Origin: Ophelia neglecta
Lineage: Eukaryota
Assembly: GCA_965285935.1 (NCBI GenBank)
Contig: OZ260661.1
Span: 43,462,001 to 43,526,000 of the forward strand
DNA length: 64,000 nt
Direction of reading: 5' to 3'
Below, piece by piece: positions 37,693 through 48,897 of the stretch. The notes beneath the pieces were generated by a model that was not told where the DNA came from, did no database searches, and worked only from the letters and a program-made list of their open reading frames with translations. The number at the start of each line of letters is the position of its first letter. The first letter of the stretch is position 1. Position numbers and translations under genes: made by a program.

Positions 37693-37693
37693 A

Positions 37694-38029
37694 GCAAAAA
37701 AAACAGGAGCTGCCTTGCCGCCTGCCCAAGAGAGACTGAAGGAAAAGGGTAGGGGATTCACCAAGAGAACCCTAATGCACTAATGAGGAGAGGAGTTAAT
37801 AAAACCAGTGTGGGTTTTATTGCCTAGCTAGGAGAAGTGCCTAGAACACAAGAGGCCGTTCACTTTGAACTCAATTCTCCTCTCCTCTGGAAAATAAGTC
37901 TGGACAAAGCGCCATTGATACATAAATATAAGTTAGAAAGTTTATGGCCTTGATCAGGGGAGGCCAGGCTGATTAGCTGGTCACTTGTTACCCAGTGAAA
38001 TTTAACCCCACTTTTATTAAAGTGTTATT
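37694..38029 (-). repeat. Split direct repeat A1 (5' end of the element)
   Basis: Matches 33250-33585 at offset 4444, except T37923 vs G33479. Confidence 0.95.
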
Positions 38030-41000
38030 ACATCCTTTTACCATAATATGTTTAATGAAATTTGCTTGGAAAGTCTTCCGATGCTGAATCTTTTGAAAGA
38101 GACAGATGGTTAGAATTGTTATATGTAACCTCTAACTCACAATCATATGTTATGTGAAATTCTGATAACATCCTAGATTGTAGGATAATTTACTTATCTG
38201 TCACAACTGACCATTAAGGATGTATATTTGGAGACAGAAATGTCTACACTGGGTGCATGTATAGTGTATTTACTTTAACTTTGAACAAAGTATCCCATGC
38301 CAGGCCCTTTCAAAATAAAATGTGCATGAAAAAAATAGTGGGCCAATAAAGTGGGGAATCAGACCAGAGATAATTACACAGTGTTCTGGGTGATGTCCAA
38401 ACACTATACATACTCCACGTCTGCTGGCATCTACACAAGGGCTTGTTATTTCATGAACAATTTATAATTTACCTATCATACAGTCATGTGCATGTAAAGC
38501 TTGTGGCCATGCATGGCATCTGGTAAGTAGCTGTTAAAAGGTGCTTTAATCTAAAACTTAAAAGAGCTTTGTGTGGACATTTCATTGTCAAGATTTTATT
38601 TTTTTAACTGACACTGGAACAAATTTGAAAATGGTAGTCCATCAAAGATCAAATGATAGTGGTGAAGTTTAAAGTATTTTTATGTGATTGCCTCTCCAAA
38701 GACTGGTAGGTTATCTGATCAAGTGCATACAAAGAAATGTCAGGACAGGCTACTACATTGTGATGTTTTCAGCAACTAATAGCAGTCTATCAGATAAAAA
38801 ACTGAAGTGGTTCTGTAGTATATTGGTATATGGAAAGTCGAGAGTGGTCTTGATCCTAGCCAGTAATTACATTTCTTCTGTATGTGGTACTTGGACCCTC
38901 TCTTCACCTCACCAGCCAAATGCCTACGGGGCCATCGCATTTTGATGGTAGAAAATGAGAAATGTTTTTCCGATACAAACGCTAAAACTGTGTTTACTCC
39001 AGACTGCCAATGTAGTTTTAGCTGAGGGCACTGTCAACAACCATGAATGGTGAAATGTTCAATATGGAATTTGCTAGATATGGCTATCAAAGTAGGGAGA
39101 CAACACAAGGCTCTCTGGGCAGGGGGGGGGGGGGACCATTATCGCTTCTATTCAGTTTGTTGCTATTTATTCCAAAGTAAGGCGAAAGGGAGCTATATAT
39201 ACAGCAGTAAGCCTCAACAATCTGAACAAATATTTCTTTTGAAATGCCAGCTTATTAGACTTCTTGATACATATATGCCTTCCATGCAGGTTGCCTCTGT
39301 CAATCTATAGGGGTATGTGTGTGCTTTCTCATGCATAATACCTGCAGTTCAGTTGTTGGAGCATTCCCATCAAACCTCTGTGTAGTCTTTCCCACATTCA
39401 TGGCTGAGCGAGCTCGGTAAACGTCCCCATTTGGTGCACTGTGGGATACTTGTAAGGTATGCGCAGGGAAACTTACTTTTAAAGCGGCCTAAGAAGGGTG
39501 ATTTCAATCCTCGGTGCTAATGTGCAAGAATTTCGTCAATGATGTTGCGTAGCTGTACTTTAGAACCATTTTGTGGGAATAGTTCTCTAAAAGTTGCAAG
39601 GTGGTGAGAAATATGAGGTGAGTCTGCAATTACTTTTTGCTTGTCATTCTGCAAAGTGTGCACAAGACGAAAGATTATTGTTATAAGTCTGGTTGCGTAC
39701 CATGAGCTGTGACACATTCAGGGACTTACCTTGTTTCCTTGTGTTTATATGATTCTGATTGCCTGAACATGAGTACCTAGATTCTTAGACTATTTGTCCA
39801 TTTTTTTTGGTTAAAATGGGTCCAGTATACAGTCTTACGATTGTTTATTAAATATGATCAGACAGTATATCAATGGAATATTAAAAAACAAAATGACTGT
39901 TCACTACTGTTCCTTTATTTGTGTTAGACAACACAAAATGCATCTCTTAATGCTTTTTTGTACATACTTCATACTCAACACATCTGCTTTTCTAATTGTG
40001 TTGTCAAGGAATCATCAATACTTTTTAATGTCATATCCATATAATTATGTGTGTGTAACACTTTTCAGTTACAGTTCTTTTTATACCATAATTTATAGAG
40101 AATACAAGCTTTGGTGATCTGATCCACACAAGAACATGGACATACATGTATGTATGTGCTTTCTCTGCTCTGGCCATTTGTGATTTGTTTAGGTTGTGAG
40201 AAAACACTAGTTAGCAAGTCATGCATACGCGAAGGCCATAAAAATGTGAAAGGCATTGCTTTATTTCGGTTTCCTGTGTATTTTATGTGGGAACCTTGCA
40301 TCTCCTTTCATGATTAATGTGGTTATGAATATAGGCGTTTTTCTGTGTCAGTATTTGAATAATGAGTTCCAAGTGTACATGTATACCTACAATTTCCTGC
40401 ATTTTGTTAATGTTTATGAAAGGCAATGCCAATTTTTATTCTCAATGTAATATGATATCATGTATGATATTGAATAGTACATGTATCATGCTTTTCTTTT
40501 GATATTACAAGATTGGAGTAAACTCTTTTAACATTGGACACAAGTTTTGCTCGGAGACACTGTACCATGCTGTGCTATCATCTCTGTACAGTACTTTGAA
40601 GGAAGCGCTCTCTAATGGAATTGCCCTGAAAAAGCAGGCATAGAAAAAGTGCACAATTTAGGAAGAGTTTGTTGAATTTGTGGACTGTCAACTAAAGACT
40701 AAATCATGGTGGATTTCTTTTCAAAATGTATATTTGTTTGGGGCAGTGCAGTGCAAGTACAGGGTTTATTAAAAAGGTATGCCTTCTCCCTGGATTTGAA
40801 ATAAAAGGTACCCCTGTCCCTATTGCCTATACCCTTTAAATAGTACCCCCCCTCCCCAACATAGGCCCCCCTCTCTCCCAAATAAATTCCTACATGTCCT
40901 CAGGGCACTGGATCTTTTCACTTGCTGTTAATGTTCAAGCTTTAAATTGTTGATTCATTTATTAATGTGCTCTGGATAATCATGGTGACTTCCCATTAAC

Positions 41001-42327
41001 AATTAAGGCCTTCCACTTCATTGGCCTGTTGAGGGTTGGTTACATCATTTGATATATCCCCTGGTGGGGGAGGGGAAGGAGGGTTCAGGTAGATCATGTA
41101 CAACAGTTACTGATTTGTCATTCATGCTGATCTTGTTAGACCATTAAATAAACTTTAAAGCTTATTATTCAAGCGTAAAAAATATCTTATAACTGGCTGA
41201 GGGATTATTTCTTAAATATGCCAGGTGGATAAAGCACGATTAGTTTTGAGCAGAATCATCTTCATGGATCACCGGGGAGAAAACTGCTTGGAATTGTCTG
41301 ACAATTAGATATTTGCTTCGTTTGAAGGAGTGTGTCAGTGCAAAGAAGCTTTGACTTTGGGTAGTTGGTATAAGCTAATGGTTCTGTAACAATATTAGTT
41401 AATTATGCACTAGTTCAATAGTAATACCATTGCAAACAGTCTTTAAGTTGTTTGTTTATCCCCTTTTTCATCCTATGTGGCCTAGCTGTTGATGAAAAGC
41501 TTGATATTGTTAGGATTAAAACTTGTTAATACCAGCCTATGGAGATAATTAACTGCACATTCCAGTGGTGTAAAATGAGGGTCCATAGAAACCCAGTGTT
41601 GTAGTATTGTCCACCAGATATGGAAAGTTTTCTATAAGAACAGTTAATATTGGTTTAAACCTTTCTTATTAAGACTTGATCAGTCACATTACATTAAAAA
41701 ATCAAGGCCAAAACACATTTCACCACTATTTTTTATTGTTAAACCTGAATCTGAGCTGAAAAGGGACAGGCGTACGTAGACCAGTACATCTGTTGGAAGT
41801 AATTGCTTAGATACATGAAATAATATTTCATATTTCATATCTATTTCATTGAGGCTACCATAAAATAAGCCTGCACCAATCAGTTTTTTCTTATTTGAAA
41901 TAATGAATAATTTTACCCTCTTCTCTGGTCCCAACTACTGGAATTTATTTTCAAAAAAAAAGGTTTGCAAATAAATTGCATGTTAAAATAAACAGCTTTT
42001 AAGAAATTAATAAATGTATCCGAGTGGGACGTACTTTTTAAATTTGTTCCTGTTTTTATCTATGAAAAAAGTTAAACCCTACATAAATGTGGATTTTGAA
42101 ATGTGACAGTTTGGTGTGCTTATCAACTAGTTGATACCTTAACAAATCGCTTGTCACTGACTGGTACACTGGGTAAAAAAGTGGTGATTACCCACAACAA
42201 ACAATAAGGCTACAAACTAACATGACTGGTAATAGGCAGGTGGGCTTCTCAGACAAATTAAGTTTGTATTAAGTTCACTACAGCCTTGAATGTTCAGCTA
42301 AGCATTCATTACCACTTGTGTGCACAG

Positions 42328-42389
42328 TGTATTTGGTGAATAGTTTCAAGATGGGTCATGTATTTGGTGAATAGTTTCAAGATGGGTCA
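42328..42389. repeat. Perfect 31-bp tandem duplication
   Basis: TGTATTTGGTGAATAGTTTCAAGATGGGTCA twice. Confidence 0.9.
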
Positions 42390-45300
42390 AGATGGCACTA
42401 AAATAGGAACTGTCTGCAGTGATCAATGGTCAATATCGTCCAAATTGGTGGTCTGTCCAGCTTTATTGGCTGTTAATGTGACAGAGAGGGCAAACTGGCT
42501 CCAAGGTGGGGAGTCTATGTGTACTTCTGATTAATTCCTAAGTACTTCATTTGTTCACCAAGCATTCTTCTCTGATATTCCCCAACATGGACAGGTGCAT
42601 ATATAGCCTGGTGTGCTCATCCTATTACCATTTGAAAGCATTATGGCATGATTACTTCAAAGGTGGCGTCTTCTAAGATTTTCCATTCAACTAGTCTTCA
42701 TATAAGTCAATATTTTAACCACAGAATATAAACAAAAGGCACACCATTTTGTCCTTAACCACTTGTTACATTGAAGATAAGATTGAGGTGTAATGCAAAA
42801 ACAAAGTTTCAGATTGTCATTTTTCCCAGAGGAAAAATAATGTGCTATTGAAAATATCTGGTTTATTTAGCCCATGATACCTTTAATTATATATATCAGA
42901 ATCAGTATTTTTTTATGTTAAACTAAAAAATGAATGACAGATAATTAGCTCCAATGATCAGTACTACTCTAACAAGGAACCATCATTTGAATGTGAAGAA
43001 TACTGCCATATTCCCTGAAATTGTTATTAAAAACTGTGTTGTGTGTGATGTTTATGTGGCTTTGTCCCCGTGGGAGGCCCTTCTCTCCCATGCTCTCTTG
43101 AACCTTGGGTGTTTTTTTTAGGAAGATGAGTTGTAATCACAAGTCTCAAGTTTTATGACTTAAAATTGCCACATAAAAGGTCTTGGGCACAACAGGGGAC
43201 ATAGAGTAAGTAATAATTATAGTCATTTCATTTTTTATTCAAGCACATAAGCTGTGAAGCAGAAAATTGGAATTACATATAAATATACATGACACATGTA
43301 TATGATGAATTCACATCATTGTCAATTTTGATTAAATATGTTCTAGGCTAGTTGTTTATTAGATAGGATTACAGTTACAATGGTAAGTGGTTTCTTGTCC
43401 TGTTCATTGAAAGACCATGCATATTCGACCCATTTGTGAAGGACAGAATCCCAGAACAGTTTTGAGGAATGTTCATAAGTATATGTACATGTACATGTAT
43501 GTACATGTATTGTAGTTACAGTGTTACAGTAATTAATGGTTTTCTATTCCCTCTATTTCTGCTATAGCATTAGTCCAGTGTCTACCAAATTTACATATAT
43601 CATATATCAAATGTATTGTAAATAGTTACTGGTATATGCTGTGACATTATCTGCCATATTAAATGAATACAGAATCCTCAATGTACCCATATCCCTGACC
43701 GTGCTGCAAATGTCTGCTGAAATGTCCGGATTCTGGATATACTCTATAGATCATAAACCATTTCATGGACAAGGGACATGGGCCTTTAGATATAGATGGC
43801 TGTGACATTTCTGGTAAGAGGAAATTACACTGTACATATGAAACTTACCCATAAAAATTGAATTCAATCCATCCAGTAAATTAAATGTAAATTGTGAACA
43901 ATTTATGTGTAAAACCTGATGGAACATACAACTAGCATTTCCAGCCAGAGGTGATTCAGTGTTGTAGGATCTGCTGTCACAATTTGTCAGACACAGGGCT
44001 ATGCAGACACATAACAAATCCAACCACTTGTTAATTAGTGTTCTCGTTTGATCTGGATGTGATGTTGAATGTTAAGCACTGGGCAAAAATGCAACACACG
44101 GTTTGGAATGGTTTCATGGACATTTGACCTAGGAGAAATAGGTTAAGCAATCTTCAGGGGCAATACTGTGATTACAGAATCATGTCAGGGAATTAACATG
44201 CTGTATTATAATTGTGAAAGTTCAGAGAGTCACCATCCCTGCGAGACACGTGCACAATGAGTGCAGCTTGATTTACACTGCCGGAACATGTGATACTGCA
44301 TGAAAGGCTGACAGGACAATAAATCTTGTAAATTTACCTGCATTCTTTTGTCTTGGGACATTTTGCACACATGTTCTTGTGATATCTTTGGGTTGTTCTT
44401 GGGTGGTAATCAGGGTTTTAGTGCTCTGTCTTTCCCTACTGTTTCTCTCTGCAAATTGGTTGCAAAATGGTCGGCGGACAACTGCTAAGGTGAGATTATA
44501 AACTTTTCTGGTAGGTTTGTCATTAATCAGGGACTTGAGCTCATATTTTTCATGTGGTTCATGTGAACCAAGAACATGCTTTTTACAAATACCTGAGCAT
44601 AGCTTCAATGTAATGCTTTTAGAATCTGGGCAAAAATGAGATTGTGACAAATTAGAGGAGGAGTTTTAAAATGGAGATGGTTCACCTGAGGTGGCATATA
44701 GGTAATTCTTCATTTGTGCTTTACAAACAAACTTAACCATTCTCTAAATTTGCATATGCCAGCCAACTATTTAGCTTTGGGATTTAGTTTTAATAGTTGT
44801 TAATAAAATGATGGTATTTGCATGTCCTAGCATGTTTAGCTCCTATACAATAACATTGTAATACAATTAATTTTCTCCTGTTCAGTTACCTGTGGCTATG
44901 ATTGCTGCTTTGATAAGGCCTGTAAAGCAATATTGTGCTGGTCATTCAAAGCACAGTCGGACATCAAAATAAACATGCAAATTACAAACAATATTCGGTT
45001 GTGACCCATGTAAATGTAGAAGATTGGTGGACAGTTTACAAAGAAAAATGCAATTAAATGTTTATGGCCTATGTCTTGGTAGACAGCCAATTTTAATCCA
45101 GGCTCACAATGTGATGCGATATTTGGTTTTTGTATCACATGACATAGTTCCTCCACATTTCAGTTAAACTCATGCTGGGCTATGGCACATGAGTTTATTT
45201 GGCAATGTCATTGGATGTTGCCAATGTTCTCCAGAAAGCACTTTTTATTGTGTTAGTCCTAACCCCATCCCATATTAAATGAACCAAAAAAACTTCTTAC

Positions 45301-47859
45301 AATATATCTTGTTTACAGGGTTTTTCCTATTGTCTGCACCGTGTTAAGACCTTCAGACCTATTGAAGTTTTTTTCAATAGAGCTTTTGTAATATAGTTCA
45401 TACTTTAGACCATTCTGAGGATGAATGTAGAGTTCATCCCATTGAGCATTTCTTTGAGTTGTATGGTATGGCTAATTTCCTCTGCTGTCAACAGGCAATA
45501 TGAACTAAATTATGCCCTATTTATCTTAAAAGAAAGCTTATTAAAAGTTGGGGAAATACACAAAAACTGAGTTGACAAACATTCATTGCTTCCATTTTGT
45601 TCTTCTCCCACAGAGAGCCGGCAAACTACACTTATTTATTAATGGCTTGTTGTGTAACGAGACCAAATTAAGCGAGGTAATGTGATAGTAATGAGAGGCT
45701 GGTACACAACTAACAAATAAAATCACACCTTATGTGGTGTGATGATATTTAGTTCTGCTCTAAACCACTTTAATTTGAATTATGATACAATTATATCATG
45801 CCATGCCTGCTGGATACTTAGGATATTTTGAAGACTGTGTTTGTGCCCTTTTCTTTGATTGTTCCCATATATACTGCAAAAGTTTTGGACAGGTGAGAAT
45901 AATACATAGGTGTTGCCGATGATAAAGAAGGCCCAGTATGGTGTGTTAATGGTCTCCAGGAGAGGGGGAGCCCTCGTGACTTACCATTGTCTACAGTGTA
46001 TCCCCTACTGATCACCAGCTTAAAGACTCTTTTTACATGTAGTTCAAATCTCACACAAAAGCCCCTACTTCTATGGTCATCAGCCATGTACCTTCAATTC
46101 TCATGCAAAGAATACATGACTTAGGACTGTGAAATATCTGATAGAATTAGTAAGCAGAGCACTGTGCCATAGACCTCATAATTACAGAACATCAATATAC
46201 CTCCGGCTTTTGGAGTGATGGAACATGGAGTGGGCAGCTCTTTGTTTAGAAAACTGTCTACATGCATCTTAAATGATGCAAGACTTGTGGACCTGACTGC
46301 AATGGTGGGAGTGTCTGCAGTCATTATACCGCTCCCAGATCTGAAGATCTTTATAAATATTGTCAGAGCAGCCAAGAGGTCTTTGCTTTATGACTTGGCA
46401 GTAATCAGAAGTCAATGAAAATATGATGGTAGCGGTCAACTCTGTAAGGAGGAACACTTTGTCTTAAATACAATTGCATGAGGTAGACCTGTTTTATGAC
46501 AAGTGGTGCCATCCCCATTGAGAAACATATTATTTGCAGCTATGCATGTTGATTGAAGTTAAACACATTCTAATGGCCTGGGGTAGATAAAGTATCTTTA
46601 ATGTTCCTTTTATGGTTCTGCAGGCCAACTCACTGCCTCTTATCAGAGGAAGTAGAATGGCTAAGTGGCATACCAGTAGAGATAATCTTGCTAAAGGAAG
46701 GCAATCAGGCAGCAGACATGATTGCCTTTGTCACTAGTTCAAGAAATGAAGCAGAAGCATGGAAGAGCCTTATGTTTAGCCATGTTAGGATCAACCAGTA
46801 AGGATCAACAGCAAACATACTGCCATTTAACCACTCCTCCCTTAATGTGATCATGTTTCAGTATTCCAAACATGCTTCTTCAAAACCATTTTTGTTCAGA
46901 TTTCATTCAGTTGACTCTGTATTCACCCAAACTTTATTATACCAATTGTAATGATGTTTTATTTTTCTCATTGCAGAAGTTGAAGAGCAGTTGGTGACAT
47001 GGAAAATATTTTCCTGAATGGAGGTGATAGTTGATCTGAGGGATTATAGTCACACTTGGACACTTTTAACAAGTTTACAATCAGAAGGAGGCTGGATTAA
47101 ATTTTGCATTCAGTATCCCTGTCATGTCTAAAACTTACACAGGACATTGAGGATTGAAGTTCATTTAGGCAACAGGCAGTTTGGAGAATCAGCCTTGACA
47201 AATTCTGCCCTGACATTGCACATTTCCATATGCATGCCTAGCAGCTCAAAACCTGTGCATGATGGACCCGGAAAGAAGTGCCCATTATGGCATTTGGAGG
47301 GCAGGCGCTTTGTGAAATGACTTGACGTGGTCAGACAAGTGGAAGATCGCCCTGCGTCTATCGCACCCTCGGTGCATACCAAAAGACCCACGCCTGTGAA
47401 CATTCCAATGCAGGCTCTGCATTTACCCAACGGGCAGTGCATGCCATGCAATCCCATTGTGCAAGCTCATGTGAATTGCATGTTTAAGCTTGGAATTTAG
47501 CTATGTCGATCATCACCAAACACTGACCACAAACTAGAAGAGTGGAGTCAATCAGATGAATGAATGTGTACAATAGAGATTGGCAATCACCTCTGAGGAG
47601 TCATTAACACAGGGACAGAGCAACTTAGGAACTCCAGCGGGACTACAGCGGTCTACAGCAAATCACAAGGTGACTGATGGATTGCAGGATTACATGCCCT
47701 CCAAGCTGCATGGCCTCAAAGAGTCACCATCGCTCTTAGATCCAAGAATAGTGCCTCTTGATGAGAAAACAAATGGTTAGGACCACTTACTGGAGTTTGT
47801 GTGTGATTTATTGTCTGCTGATTCACTGATATGGATAAATCTTTAATTTGATCTTGACC

Positions 47860-48897
47860 ATGGCGGACATTTCTACAAGGGGAGGGCAGATATTGCCCTA
47901 TACCCTGTGTGCATGTACAGGGGCTGGGATAATGTTTAACCTGATATTGTTAGTGTGGCATTGCATCAAATTCAAACCACAAAAATCAAACAAGTACATC
48001 AAGTATGGATTGGCTTTCCTCTACTTTGCCTACATTTTAGCAGGCGTGTCTGTTTCGCTTTTGATTCTCTACAAGGATTTGGAGCAGCCATGGCTGTGCA
48101 AGTTTGGCGGCTTCCTAATACTATTTGCTTCCCAGGAGTGTCTGTGGATGATTTCAGCATGCTGTGTACTAGCCCTCCTCTGGCAGAGAACTCAATTCCC
48201 TTGGAAGCCACAAGCATATGGTGTAAAGGAACACCACAAATGGGGCATCCCAATATTTGTACTGACAATGATTCTCAAACTTGTAATCCTAGCTATAGTC
48301 TCCTTCCTGCCCCTGATTAATCTGCCATTTTTTGATGCCCAGTCAGAATTTTATTTCCTTTGTACACCCATGAGGCTTCCACCGGAGCATGGCTGGCCTT
48401 ATTCCACTATGATTCTCATATTAAATTGGGTGGCAATCATTGTTGCTGTGACTACCTTGATAACCAGCATTTACCTCTCACACAAGCACTCCCGAGACCT
48501 AAAACTGGCCGATGGCGGTCGCAAGAAGCCATGGACATTGGATGCTGCCTTCTGCAGCCGAGGAGTCAAGCAGTACACGCTACGCATCCATGCCGTTTTG
48601 GCCTTCAACACGATTTGTTGGCTGATTGTTTTAATTGTTAGCAGTATTACATATTTCTCAGGAGGATCCGCTATCAGTAAGGGCTATGTGCAGTGGACAC
48701 TTGGTTTCTGCATCAGCGGAACCATAATGCTACATCCCATCATCTTCTTCATCTTTATCCTGATTAGTGAGAAGAAAGGCCTTTTCTCTCGGCCCCGCAG
48801 TATCTGTCAAAGAGACCCAACCATACCAGACAACTGGCACATTGAGTGCCCTAGAAGTCTATTGGCTCTCAGCAAACTCGATGATACAAACGGACAG
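47860..48897 (+). CDS. Exon 1: seven-transmembrane domain, divergent LGR/relaxin-receptor/GRL101-like, plus start of the kinase N-lobe
   Basis: Seven hydrophobic segments; WLCKFGGFLILFASQE (TM3), FLPLINLPFF (TM4), FYFLCTPM..GWPYST..LNW (ECL2-TM5), NTICW (TM6), LHPIIF (TM7). Strong donor CAG|GTAAGC. Confidence 0.88.

Larger units (their letters stand above)
32870..38029 (-). mobile_element. Full-length tyrosine-recombinase (DIRS order) retrotransposon, Ngaro-like, with split direct repeats A1-ORFs-B1-A2-spacer-B2
   Basis: Gag, RT/RNase H and tyrosine recombinase ORFs in tandem on the - strand; 336-bp A repeats (one mismatch); 145-bp B repeats (identical by eye); no target-site duplication. 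No methyltransferase domain after RNase H, which fits Ngaro rather than DIRS1/PAT. Confidence 0.93.

Noticed and set aside
37693-37764. Gag start at 37764 as given by the ORF track
   Set aside because: It is a non-ATG start inside repeat A1; the first ATG at 37692 just outside the repeat is more plausible.
33250-38029. Conventional LTR retrotransposon bounded by the 336-bp direct repeats
   Set aside because: No TG..CA ends, TSD, protease or DDE integrase; the second repeat pair (B) and the tyrosine recombinase define a split-direct-repeat YR element.
39477-39730. Minus-strand exons suggested by two GTAAGT donors and one acceptor
   Set aside because: All three frames of 39623-39477 contain stops; a non-coding transcript cannot be supported without RNA data.
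47234-47500. Selenoprotein or read-through ORF across the TGA at 47318
   Set aside because: No recognisable homology or SECIS element; treated only as a possible uORF.
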